Source of the DNA: an uncultured Ignavibacteriaceae bacterium
GTDB lineage: Bacteria; Bacteroidota; Ignavibacteria; Ignavibacteriales; Ignavibacteriaceae
Direction: 5' to 3'
Length of the DNA: 64,000 nucleotides
Assembly (NCBI GenBank): GCA_963699475.1
Contig: CAVOUA010000013.1
Location: forward strand, 4,978-68,977
The first letter of the stretch is position 1, and every line of letters begins with the position of its first letter. Positions 21,379 to 31,953 of this stretch are shown here, in pieces. A program made the position numbers and the translations under genes. Under the pieces are notes generated by a model. The model was not told the origin of the DNA. It did no database searches and saw only the letters and a program-made list of their open reading frames with translations.

Positions 21379-21933
21379 TTAAATCATCTCGGACAGAAGC
21401 TCCTGGCGTGGATTAGCAATTACAACTTTGTTCACCAAAAGACCTTTTTCAGAAACAACTCGCGCACCGGCTTCAACGGCGCTTGTAACTGCAGCCACGT
21501 CCCCGGTTACACTGAAAAAAGCCTTCCCACCAAGAGCCATCGCCAATCGCAGTTCTACAAGCTGGACTTTTGCGGCTTTTACTGCAGCATCCGCAGCTTC
21601 AATTAATGAAGCGACTGAATAAGATTCAACTATACCGAGCGATTCAAGCATTTGAACATTATTATGGCCAGCTATTGCAGGAAAGATTGTAGGATGAACA
21701 TTGGGAATTACAAATTGATCTATAACTCCAAAACCAACAGTATTAACGGCATTGTCAACAGCCGAGGTTACAGCTGCAACATCTCCGGCAATCAGAGTCA
21801 TATATTTGCCTGAGCATATGGTCCTTGATATCATTAATTCTACTTCTGAGGTTTTCAGCATGAGGTCGGCAGCCTGAATACCGGAGGCAATGCTTCCCAT
21901 TTCAATTAGTCCGATTGAATTTTTAGCAATCAT
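21379..21933 (-). CDS. pduT: Tandem-BMC-domain shell protein (BMC-T), PduT-like
   Basis: 184 aa with two BMC domains (IGLIEMGSIASGIQAADLMLK...; LGIVESYSVASLIEAADAAVK...). It is colinear with PduT, including the SRTICSGKY segment that holds the cluster-ligating Cys. Confidence 0.88.
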   Translation of the reverse strand: MIAKNSIGLIEMGSIASGIQAADLMLKTSEVELMISRTICSGKYMTLIAGDVAAVTSAVDNAVNTVGFGVIDQFVIPNVHPTIFPAIAGHNNVQMLESLGIVESYSVASLIEAADAAVKAAKVQLVELRLAMALGGKAFFSVTGDVAAVTSAVEAGARVVSEKGLLVNKVVIANPRQELLSEMI

Positions 21934-21944
21934 TTAAGCTCCTT

Positions 21945-23257
21945 TTAAGATTCTATCGAAATAAATTCTTTTGTGACTTCTTTTACTTTACCACTAATCG
22001 AGGCATGAATGTTTGCACCTAATTCACCACCGGGAATTTTCCCGATAAGTTGCCTTTCTTCAACTATGTCTCCCTTTTTTACAAAGGCTTCTGCGGGTTT
22101 CCCAATATGCTGTTGAAGGGGAATCCTGACTTTTTCAACTGCTATCTTTTCAGAATTGAAAGGTGCTATCAACGTCATAATCTTGCAGCTTGAGTTTCAT
22201 TATTAATTGCTTAAGAGGAACTCTTCTTCCTTCTTTAATCGGGTGAACTTTAACCGGCTTTTGCTGTATGAATTTTATTCCAGCTTCACGCATTTCAATT
22301 TTTGCTTTGTCACAAGCTTCTTTGGGATAGAGGTCTTCGGGACATGCATACAACGTGCACAATCCACAGGAACAGCAAAGTTCCGCCATTTGATTCCAAA
22401 CAGCAGCACCCGTTTTTGTAAATCCCAGTGAGCGCATAACTTTATGAGGCTCAACCTGGTAACCAAGCAAATAACGCGGACAAAATTCTGTGCAATAACT
22501 GCATTGGTCACATGCTGATTTTCCGATGCGATGCCAGTTTTGTTCGGGTTGATTTTTTCTTTTGATTAAATAATGATCTTTGGGAAGAACAATTAGTCCT
22601 GCTGTTGTTTTAGTAACAACCTCATCAAGATTAAAAGTTAAGTGCCCCATCATCACACCGCCGACAAATATTCCAAAATCTTTAACTTTTGTTCCTCCTG
22701 CAAACTCAACAACATCTTTAAAGCTTGTTCCAACTGGAACAAAAAACGATGATGGTTTTTTAATTGCTCCGGCAACACAAATAAATTTCTTGAGTAACAG
22801 GGATTTCTTTTTCTGCCTGAGCAATGTTGTAAAGAGTTTCAACATTGTTAACAACACAGCCTATGTCGAGCGGAATTCCTGCTGGCGGAATTAATCTTCC
22901 GGTTGCTTCATAAACCAATTCAAATTCATCACCGGAAGGATAAAAATCCCCGAGCTTTGTCAATTCTAATTTTCCATTCAGGTATTTGCTGATTGCTGAA
23001 ACGGCTTTTATGTTTTTTTCTTTAATCCCGAAAAACCCTTTCTTTGCTGAGGTGCTATCAATAAGAACTTCTAATCCTTTTGTGATTTCTTTGGGGAAAT
23101 GAAGCATCAATTCATAATCTTTATGAATGAGAGGTTCGCATTCAGCACCGTTTGCCAGTACAAATTCGACCTTTGAGTTTGCTTTAATGTGAGAAGGAAA
23201 TCCGGCACCACCGGCACCAACTACTCCTGCATTTAATATTTTTTCTGTGAGCGACAT
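21945..23257 (-). pseudogene. pduS: PduS-like Fe-S flavoprotein (RnfC/NADH-dehydrogenase-51K-like, SLBB, 2x[4Fe-4S], RnfC_N-like barrel); two frame breaks
   Basis: ORFs 22760..23257, 22150..22857 and 21945..22178 join into one protein. It has GVVGAGGAGFPSHIK nucleotide-binding N-terminus and ferredoxin motifs CDQCSYCTEFCP and CCSCGLCTLYACP. The C-terminal barrel reads RIPLQQHIGKPAEAFVKKGDIV. Frame breaks lie near 22800 and 22165. Confidence 0.8.
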
Positions 23258-23260
23258 ATA

Positions 23261-24294
23261 TTACTTATGAATTACTATTTCTTTCAACGTTTCAACCCAC
23301 ATAGGATGATCATTTAAACTTTCCACAAGCTGAACCTTTTCACCTCCATGCTCTTCAAAAAGTTTTTGATATTCTACTCCAATCTCTATCAAAGTTTCAA
23401 GGCAATCTGCAACAAATGCGGGGCTGAAAACTAATAACTTTTTCGCTCCTTTCTTTGCTTGTTCAATAATTACTTTGTCAGTAAATGGTTCAAGCCAATT
23501 TTTATCAAGTCGCGATTGAAAGCAGACAGTGTATTTTTCTGCACTAATATTAAGCTTTTTGGCTATCAATCTCGTTGTAGCATAACATGTTGCTTTATAA
23601 CAATAAAGATTTGTCTCATTTATTTCCGTTTCGCAATTGTGTTCTTCGCAAAGAGAACCGTCTTTGTAAACTTTATCAACTTGTCTTACTGGCAAGCCGT
23701 GGTAGCTGAACAAAACGTGATCATATTCATTAATATTATATTTTTTTGCCTGTTCCGCAATTGTATTAATAAAGCCATCCTCATCATAATACTGACTGAC
23801 AAATTTTATTTCAGGAATTACCCACCACTTGCTCACTATCTTCATCGCTTTATCAATCACTGATCCTGTCGTTGCAGAGGCATATTGCGGAAAGAGAGGA
23901 ATCACAATAATCTTTGAATAATTTTTTTTATAGATATCCGAAAGGACATCATTAATCGAGGGGTTTTTGATATCTCATGGCAAGTATATACATCATAACT
24001 ATCACCAAGGGATCTTTGTAATTTTTCCTGAACTGATTTGCCGTAGTAAAGAATTGGCGATCCTTTCCTTCCATCCGGCAAACCATTGTTAACCCAAAGC
24101 TCTTTGTAAATCTTAGCTGATTTTGGCGCACGGAATGGAACAATGATTAAATTTACAAGAATGAATCGGGCCAGCGCAGGAATGTCTATAACCCTTGGAT
24201 CATTAAGGAATTCGAAAAGGTATTTTCTCACATCCTTAACAGAGGGACTATCGGGCGTGCCTAAATTTATAAGAACAACGGCTGTCTTCTGCAT
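23261..24294 (-). pseudogene. hemH: Ferrochelatase; two closely spaced frame breaks
   Basis: N-terminus VVLINLGTPDSPSVKDVRKYLFEFLNDPRVIDIP...IVPFRAPKSAKIYKELW. The middle LAMRYQKPL is in a third frame (ORF 23952..24143). The rest, IIVIPLFPQYASATTGS..., is in ORF 23261..23905. Extra bases lie near 23985 and 23955. The stop is 3 nt from the pduS start. Confidence 0.85.
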
Positions 24295-24416
24295 ATCTCC
24301 TTCGAAATTATAATATTTATTTCAACATTAGTTTTAGTTGGAACGTTCAAAAATAGCCAAATTTAATTTTATCTTCATTTCTAATTAGTTTTGTTTCAAT
24401 AAACCGCGGAGATTTT

Positions 24417-25635
24417 ATGAAACTTTCCTTTAAAATCTTTTTAGTCCTGATATTAGTATCAGTATTAAAATCAGAAGCTCAAACTCAGCCCTATGTTATA
24501 CTCATCAGTTTTGATGGGTTTAGATGGGACTATGTAAATCGCGGTATCACTCCAAATTTTGATTTTATAAAAGAGGCTGGCGTCTCAGCAAAATCTCTAC
24601 GGCCATGCTTCCCATCGAAAACATTTCCTAATCATATTTCAATAGTAACCGGAATGTATCCTGAACACCACGGAATAATATCAAATAACTTCAGTCGACT
24701 ATTTTACGGGTGAAAAATTTTCCATGAGTGATACTATGCAGTCACGAAGCGAGAGATGGTTTAAAGGGGAAGCATTCTGGGAAACCGCCGAGAGACAGGG
24801 AGTTATTACGGCGAGTTATTTCTGGCCGGGCTCGGATGTTTCTAATCCTTACAGACAACCAACATATTTTTACAAATATGAACATTCGAAACCATACAAA
24901 GAAAGAGTTGATGGCGTAATCGAATGGCTTCGTCTTCCTTATGAAAAAAGACCTCATTTCATTACTTCATATTTTGATGCTACAGATACATATGGTCATA
25001 AATATGGTCCAAATTCTCCCGGAGTTAATCAGGCAATCGCACAACTCGACAGCATTCTCGGCTTCTTCTTCCAAGGGTTAAAAGAAATAAATCTGTTTGA
25101 CAGCACAAATATTATCGTTGTATCAGACCACGGAATGGCTGAAGTAAATATTGAGCAAACAATTAATATCGAAGACTTGCTAATGGATTATGAATATCAA
25201 TCCGGCGATAACGGACCCTTTATGTTAATTGAACCATCGGCCAAAGATTTAGAAAACGTTTATAAAAAACTAAAAGAAAACGAAAACCATTATAAAGTTT
25301 ACAAAAGAGCAGATGTTCCCGAATATTATCACTATTCTGACAATCCTTTAATCAGCAACCTGGTAATTATTGCTGATAATGGTTGGGGTGTCGAGACAAC
25401 TAAATCAATTGAGAGTTTGACAAAGTACGGGACAAAAGGAAACCACGGTTATGATAATTGCTGGTTGGATATGCATGGTATTTTTTATGCCATTGGCCCC
25501 TCTTTCAAATTTAATTACGGGGTTGGCTCCATAGATAACATTGATATTTACCCGTTGCTCTGCAAAATTTTTAATTTGGTCCCCAATCAGTTAATAGATG
25601 GAAAGCTCGAGAGAATTAGTTATATATTAAAATGA
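24417..25635 (+). pseudogene. Ectonucleotide pyrophosphatase/phosphodiesterase (NPP, alkaline-phosphatase superfamily), secreted; one frame break
   Basis: Signal peptide, then ILISFDGFRWDY, PSKTFPNHISIVTGMYPEHHGII, and in the second ORF VSDHGM and GNHGYDN metal-site motifs. A +1 break lies at about 24694 (ttc-a-gtcgac). Confidence 0.8.
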
Positions 25636-25953
25636 AAGTAAGATTCAAACGTAAGGCCCGTAAGTCGAGCATTATCAGCGAAGGTTTTGGCAAAAATGAG
25701 ACTATTAATGTTTACGCTTGCTTCTATCTCTCAAGTTATATTCACAAAGTACCGTGGGGAAGCCCCAGTTCTGAGATTTGATAATGGATACGCCAAATAG
25801 TTATTAATTAATGGCGAGTCATAGATCTTGCCCTTCAATTTGACTCTTTTGCCTTGAAAAAACATCAAAAAATCATATCTTACAATCCGATTTTATGATT
25901 TTCACAGGTATTTGCTTTTAACCATCTGAATGAATAAAAACAGAGGAATTATT

Positions 25954-27282
25954 ATGAATTACAAATCTTACATGCTGCACAATTATAAAACACTCCCGCA
26001 GGTAGCTAATCTTCCTAAGGATTTGATTGAGGCAATTGATGTTGTTGGATCTGTTTTGCCATTTAAGACAAATAATTATGTTGTTGAAAACCTGATAGAT
26101 TGGGACAACATTCCCAATGATCCGATTTTTACACTAACCTTTCCAAGGAAGGAAATGCTGCGTCCGCATCATTATGAAAAAATTAAAAAAGCAATAAAAA
26201 ACGATGTTTCAAAAAACGAAATAAAAAAAGTTGCTGATGAAATCCGACTTGAGCTAAATCCACACCCTGCCGGACAGCTCGATCATAATGTTCCACAAAT
26301 GGATGGCGAAAAGGTTTTCGGTATGCAGCACAAGTACCGGGAGACTGTTTTGTTTTTTCCAGGTCAGGGCCAAACCTGTCATGCTTATTGCACATTTTGT
26401 TTCAGATGGCCCCAGTTTGTTGGAATGGACGAGTTTAAGTTCGCTTCTAGGCAAGCAGAACATCTTGCTGAATACGTTTCTAATAACAAGGAAGTCACTG
26501 ACGTGCTTTTTACTGGTGGTGATCCACTTATAATGAAAACCAAAATACTTGAGGCATACATTCGTCCGCTTCTTGACTCCAACTTAAGTAATCTTAAAAA
26601 TATCAGGATAGGAACAAAAGCTCTTGCATACTGGCCATATCGCTTTTTAACTGATGATGATGCAGAAGATTTATTAAAACTTTTAAGTGACATAAAAAAA
26701 GCCGGAAAACATTTTGCTTTTATGGCTCACTTCAATCACCCAGCAGAATTAAATCATCCGGCAGTAAAAAATGCTATTGACAAAATTCTGTGCACTGGCG
26801 CAATAATAAGAACACAGTCTCCTGTGATGAAACATATCAACGATTCGCCCCATGTCTGGGCCGAGATGTTGCGAAAGCAGGTTGAACTAGGCTGTGTACC
26901 TTATTATATGTTCGTTGCAAGAAATACTGGGGCTGATCATTATTTTTCTCTTCCTTTGGTCGATGTGTGGAAAATTTTCAGAGACGCTTATAAATCTGTA
27001 AGTGGAATTTGTAGAACAGTGCGGGGCCCGAGCATGTCCTGTCTTCCAGGTAAACTACAAATACTTGGCGTAAATGAATTCGGAGATGAAAAAGTATTTA
27101 CGATGCGTTTTATACAGGGAAGGAATCCTGATTGGGTTGCCAAACCATTCTTTGCAAAGTATGATGACAAAGCAACGTGGTACACTGATTTAACGCCAGC
27201 TTTTGCCGATGACAAATTTTTCTTTCAGGATGAGCTTGACAAAATCATCAAACCTGCGGAAATTGAGATAGGCTTCAAATAA
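25954..27282 (+). CDS. KamA-family radical SAM protein (lysine 2,3-aminomutase-like)
   Basis: CHAYCTFCFRWPQF (CxxxCxxC) cluster motif, flanked by FGMQHKYRETVLFF and VLFTGGDPL. Start taken at ATG 25954, preceded by AGAGGAA (ORF track start 25930). Confidence 0.85.
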   Translation: MNYKSYMLHNYKTLPQVANLPKDLIEAIDVVGSVLPFKTNNYVVENLIDWDNIPNDPIFTLTFPRKEMLRPHHYEKIKKAIKNDVSKNEIKKVADEIRLELNPHPAGQLDHNVPQMDGEKVFGMQHKYRETVLFFPGQGQTCHAYCTFCFRWPQFVGMDEFKFASRQAEHLAEYVSNNKEVTDVLFTGGDPLIMKTKILEAYIRPLLDSNLSNLKNIRIGTKALAYWPYRFLTDDDAEDLLKLLSDIKKAGKHFAFMAHFNHPAELNHPAVKNAIDKILCTGAIIRTQSPVMKHINDSPHVWAEMLRKQVELGCVPYYMFVARNTGADHYFSLPLVDVWKIFRDAYKSVSGICRTVRGPSMSCLPGKLQILGVNEFGDEKVFTMRFIQGRNPDWVAKPFFAKYDDKATWYTDLTPAFADDKFFFQDELDKIIKPAEIEIGFK

Positions 27283-27286
27283 ATAT

Positions 27287-28582
27287 ATGACGGAAAACCA
27301 AACTTTCGATATCAGCCTCAATTTGAATGTTAGAGGAATGCCGCTTTCGGCTACCCTTCAAATTAATGAGCTCTCCAATAAACTTAAAGAAGAGGGAAAA
27401 ATAATTTACAAGATGGGATTAGGACAATCTCCTTTCCCTGTACCGCAGGTTGTGGTTGAAGAGTTACGCTCAAATGCATTTCAAAAAGACTATTTGGAAG
27501 TAAAGGGTCTAAAGGCTTTAAGAGAATCTGTGGCAAACTACCACTCAAGGCGAAATGATATTCAGCGTAGTGCAGATTATGTTCTAATCGGTCCCGGTTC
27601 TAAAGAGCTGATGTTTCTTTTACAATTTGTTTACTACGGAGAACTGGTTATTCCAACCCCAAGCTGGGTTTCCTATGCACCCCAGGCAAAAATTATCGGA
27701 AGACAATTAGCCTGGATTAAAACCAAAGAAGAAAATAAGTGGCGTTTGCTTCCCGAAGAATTACACAAGATTTGTGATAAAGACCACTACAAACCACGCA
27801 TAGTAATATTAAACTATCCTTCAAATCCAACAGGTGCCACATACACCTGTGAAGAATTGCAGGAGCTTGCTGATGTTGCCAGAAGGTTCCGGGTCATCCT
27901 TCTCTCGGATGAGATTTACGGAGAACTTAACTTTAAAGGAAATCACTGTTCAATTGCTCGCTTTTATCCTGAAGGAACGATTATCTCGGGTGGGCTTAGC
28001 AAGTGGTGTGGGGCTGGGGGTTGGAGGCTTGGCACTTTTACATTTCCAAAATCGCTTTCAGGTTTATTAAACGGAATGGCTGCGGTTGCAAGTGAAACTT
28101 TCACATCTACCAGCTCACCAATTCAATACGCTGCAATTAAGGCTTATACAGGGGGAATTGAAATAGAAAGATATTTGTGGAATGCCAGAAAAATTTTAAG
28201 TGCCTTGGGCACTAAAATTCATAATATACTCTCGACCAGTGGTGTTTCTGCCCCCGAGCCAGATGGTGCGTTTTATCTCTTTATTAACTTCGGTAACTAT
28301 GCTGAAAAGCTAAAGTCTAAAGACATATATACCAGCTTAGATTTAACCACCAGCCTGTTGAATGAAACCGGCGTTGCCCTTTTGCCCGGTAGTGTTTTCG
28401 GCAGACCAGAGGAAGAATATACGGCCCGACTTTCTTATGTTGATTTTGATGGAAGCAGGGCTCTTGCCGCCGCTGAGATTCTTCAGCCTGAAGAAACTAT
28501 AACAGAAGAATTTCTCTCCACCTACTGCTCTCATCTATTAGAAGGAACTAATAAAATTGTTCGCTGGCTAAATTCGCTCTGA
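27287..28582 (+). CDS. PLP-dependent aminotransferase, class I/II fold
   Basis: 431 aa. NYPSNPTG, DEIYGEL and the SKWCGAGGWRLG (Schiff-base Lys) motifs. It starts 4 nt after the KamA-like gene. Confidence 0.85.
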   Translation: MTENQTFDISLNLNVRGMPLSATLQINELSNKLKEEGKIIYKMGLGQSPFPVPQVVVEELRSNAFQKDYLEVKGLKALRESVANYHSRRNDIQRSADYVLIGPGSKELMFLLQFVYYGELVIPTPSWVSYAPQAKIIGRQLAWIKTKEENKWRLLPEELHKICDKDHYKPRIVILNYPSNPTGATYTCEELQELADVARRFRVILLSDEIYGELNFKGNHCSIARFYPEGTIISGGLSKWCGAGGWRLGTFTFPKSLSGLLNGMAAVASETFTSTSSPIQYAAIKAYTGGIEIERYLWNARKILSALGTKIHNILSTSGVSAPEPDGAFYLFINFGNYAEKLKSKDIYTSLDLTTSLLNETGVALLPGSVFGRPEEEYTARLSYVDFDGSRALAAAEILQPEETITEEFLSTYCSHLLEGTNKIVRWLNSL

Positions 28583-28674
28583 TATATACCTTAACCCAAA
28601 ACTCGTTCATCAAATAAAAAACTAATTATGATTAACTTTATTATCAATATTTATCTTAAAAACTATCGAGAAAT

Positions 28675-30519
28675 ATGATTACGAAGAAAAATGTTTTCTT
28701 GCTCGGTTTACTTTTAATTTATTCTATTGCATTAATATCTGTTTCTGCACAAACTCTTAATCTTAAAATAATTGAAACAAGTGATGTTCATGGTGCAATA
28801 ATGCCATACGACCTGCTTAACGATACAACAACAAACAGTTCCCTGGCACAGGCACACACCTATGTTGTTGCTGAAAGATATCGGCCGAATCAGGATGTGA
28901 TTCTTTTAGATAACGGCGACATTTTACAAGGAGATCCATTAGTCTACTTTTACAATTACGAAGATACGACCGACACCCATATTTACGCAGAGGCTATGAA
29001 CTTTATGAAATACGATGCTGCTACAATCGGCAACCATGATATAGAAACTGGCCATTCGGTTTATGATAAATTCAGAAAAGAAATAAATTTTCCATGGCTT
29101 GCTGCCAATGCAATAAATACAAAAACAGATGAACCTTATTTCGAGCCTTACACTATCATTGAAAGAGGAGGAATAAAAATAGCTGTGCTTGGCTTAACCA
29201 CTCCTTATATACCTAATTGGCTTCCGGAAGTTCTCTGGGAGGGGATTGAATTTGAAGACATGGTTGAAACCGCTGAAAAGTGGATTTCAATAATCAAAGA
29301 AAATGAAAAGCCTGATTTAATTGTAGGTCTATTTCATGCAGGAGTAGATTATACTTATAATAATGAAAAAGCAGGCACATATAAAAACGAAAACGCATCT
29401 CAACTGGTGGCCGAACAAGTTCCCGGTTTTGATGTTGTGTTTGTAGGGCATGATCACGCCGGTTGGAATTTTAAAATAGAAAATTCAGGCGGAGACAGCG
29501 TTTTGGTTCTTGGTCCATTATCAAGGGCTAAAACAGTTGCTGTTGCAAATATTCAAATGGCCTTTGACGGTGTGGCCGGCAAGTGGAATAAGAAATCAAT
29601 CTCGGGAGAGATTGTCGAAATGAAAAATTACAAACCCGATAGTCTTTTTATGAAAGAATTTTTTCAAAGCCTTAATCTGGTTAAAAATTATGTGCAAAAA
29701 CCGCTGGGGCAAATAACAAAGACTATTTCTTCTAAAGAAGCTCTTTTCGGTCCTTCAAAATTCATTGACCTGATACATAACGCTCAGCTAGAATTAACCG
29801 GTGCAGATATATCTTTTGTTTCTCCCCTTTCCTTTAACGCAACGATTGATAGCGGCTGGATAAAAGTTAAGGATATGTTCAAGCTATACCATTATGAAAA
29901 CTTTCTCTTTACGATGAAACTTTCCGGGAAGGAAATAAAAGACTACCTTGAATATTCATTCGGTAACTGGTTCAACCAAATGAGAGATGAAAATGATCAT
30001 CTTTTAAAATTTAAATATGATAAGGATGGAGCAATAAAGTATTCGGAGCGATACAGTACTCCTGAGCTTGAGGAAAGGTATTATAACTATTCCTCGGCAT
30101 CAGGAATTAATTATACTGTGAATGTATCTAAACAGCCGGGTAGTAGAGTAACAATTACAACATTAGCGAATAGATCACCTTTCGACATAAAAAAAAATTA
30201 TACTGTCGCAGTAAATTCATACCGGGGCAGCGGTGGTGGCGGTCATCTAACTCTCGGTGCTGGAATACCTCGGGAGGAATTATCTAAAAGAGTTCTTACT
30301 TCTACAGATAAGGATTTACGATATTATCTTATGAAATGGATAGAAGAAAAAAAAATAATAGATCCTAAAATTATCAGCACATGGCAAGTTATTCCACCAA
30401 CCTGGTGGGAGAGTGGAAGAAAAAAGGACTATAAGATTCTTTTCGGAACGGCTGCACCCGAACCAGAGAAGAGAACATTGGACTCAGATATTAACAAATT
30501 ACAGCTGAATATAAAATGA
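28675..30519 (+). CDS. Secreted bifunctional metallophosphatase/5'-nucleotidase (UshA/CpdB-like)
   Basis: Signal peptide; [22 protein letters not shown] and GHDH calcineurin-like motifs; C-terminal 5'-nucleotidase substrate-binding region. Confidence 0.85.
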   Translation: MITKKNVFLLGLLLIYSIALISVSAQTLNLKIIETSDVHGAIMPYDLLNDTTTNSSLAQAHTYVVAERYRPNQDVILLDNGDILQGDPLVYFYNYEDTTDTHIYAEAMNFMKYDAATIGNHDIETGHSVYDKFRKEINFPWLAANAINTKTDEPYFEPYTIIERGGIKIAVLGLTTPYIPNWLPEVLWEGIEFEDMVETAEKWISIIKENEKPDLIVGLFHAGVDYTYNNEKAGTYKNENASQLVAEQVPGFDVVFVGHDHAGWNFKIENSGGDSVLVLGPLSRAKTVAVANIQMAFDGVAGKWNKKSISGEIVEMKNYKPDSLFMKEFFQSLNLVKNYVQKPLGQITKTISSKEALFGPSKFIDLIHNAQLELTGADISFVSPLSFNATIDSGWIKVKDMFKLYHYENFLFTMKLSGKEIKDYLEYSFGNWFNQMRDENDHLLKFKYDKDGAIKYSERYSTPELEERYYNYSSASGINYTVNVSKQPGSRVTITTLANRSPFDIKKNYTVAVNSYRGSGGGGHLTLGAGIPREELSKRVLTSTDKDLRYYLMKWIEEKKIIDPKIISTWQVIPPTWWESGRKKDYKILFGTAAPEPEKRTLDSDINKLQLNIK

Positions 30520-31806
30520 AAACAGAAAAAAGTAAACAACTTTTCGAAGAGGCAAAAAAATATATTCCAGGTGGGGTTAACTCACCTGTAAGAGCATTTA
30601 AATCTGTTGGCGGCGATCCACTTTTCATCACAAAGGGGAAGGGCTCAAAGTTTTGGGATGAAGATGGAAATGAATACATAGATTACATAGGAAGCTGGGG
30701 ACCACATTTATTCGGTCATAACCCACCTTTTATTATAGACTCATTATTAAAAGCAATTGAAAACGGAACAAGCTTTGGCGCACCAACAAAGATGGAAGTT
30801 GAAATGGCTAAGTTGATAACCGAACTTGTCCCTTCAGTTGAAATGGTAAGGATGGTAAACAGCGGAACAGAAGCCACCATGAGTGCGATTCGTGTAGCAA
30901 GGGGATACACAGGAAGAGAAAAATTTATAAAGTTCGAAGGTTGCTACCATGGTCACGCTGATTATTTTTTAATTAAGGCAGGTTCAGGTGCATTAACGCT
31001 TGGTATCCCAACCTCGCCCGGTGTTACAAAAGGAAATGCCGCTGATACTTTGCTTGCTGATTACAACGATAGTCAATTCGATAAAAAAACTTGTCTCGTC
31101 AAATAAAAATGAAATTGCCGCAGTAATTATCGAACCGATCGCCGGCAATATGGGTGTTGTTAGAGTCAAAGATGAGTTTATAAAAGAACTTCGCTCTATT
31201 TGCGATGAAGAAAAAATTGTTTTGATATTTGATGAGGTGATGACCGGCTTTCGTGTTGCTGCGGGTGGCGCACAGGAAGTTCTTGGAATAAAACCCGACC
31301 TTTCAACCTTCGGAAAAATTATAGGTGGGGGATTGCCGGTTGGTGCATTTGGAGGAAAGAGAGAAATAATGGAAAAGATTGCTCCAAGCGGACCGGTTTA
31401 CCAGGCAGGAACATTTAAGCGGAAATCCGCTTGCAATGGCTGCAGGTTATCGCTGCCTTAAAACATATTAAAGATAATCCCGGTATTTATAAAGAGCTGG
31501 AAGAAAAGTCCTCTTATCTTGAAAATGGATTTAAAGAAAATCTTGATGTCATTGGGAAAAAATTATGCAATGAACCGAGTTGGTTCGATGATGTGTTTGT
31601 TCTTTACCGAAGAAAGTGTCGATGACTTTAAATCTGCAGTTAAATCTGATACAGCCCTTTACGGAAAATATTTTCACGAAATGTTAAAAAGAGGAGTTTA
31701 TCTTGCCCCTGCTCAGTTCGAAGCCTTGTTTGTTTCAACTGCACATTCAAAAGAGGATCTAAATAAAACGATAAGGGCAAATAAGGAATCATTAGAAGCA
31801 ATTTAA
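30516..31806 (+). pseudogene. hemL: Glutamate-1-semialdehyde 2,1-aminomutase; four +1 frame breaks within about 500 bp
   Basis: [66 protein letters not shown] and [15 protein letters not shown] can all be read only by hopping frames. The fragments are ORFs 30516..31106, 31000..31461, 31431..31625 and 31519..31806. Extra bases lie near 31068, 31414, 31447 and 31555. The ATG overlaps the upstream stop (ATGA). Confidence 0.88.
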
Positions 31807-31953
31807 GTGGGGCTAGCCTCTAAGGCAGACTACACTTATTATAGTTATTTTTATTTTTGGGTTATCCTGTAACAGTCATAATATTTAAATAAGAGACCAC
31901 ATAATCTTGCGTAAAGAATTTTGTTAGTTGCAATTGCCCTTCACTAACCACAA

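Noticed and set aside
20596-24294. A complete bacterial microcompartment locus
   Set aside because: Only one BMC-T gene and PduS are present. No BMC-H or BMC-P shell genes, aldehyde dehydrogenase, phosphotransacylase or signature enzyme occur within the window.
25632-25929. Riboswitch or a small 49-aa ORF (25632..25781, ATGA-overlapping the NPP stop) in the long leader before the KamA-like gene
   Set aside because: I could not match the region to any riboswitch consensus that I know (lysine, glycine, SAM, cobalamin). The small ORF has no RBS, and its sequence is basic and low-complexity. It is kept only as a note inside a finding.
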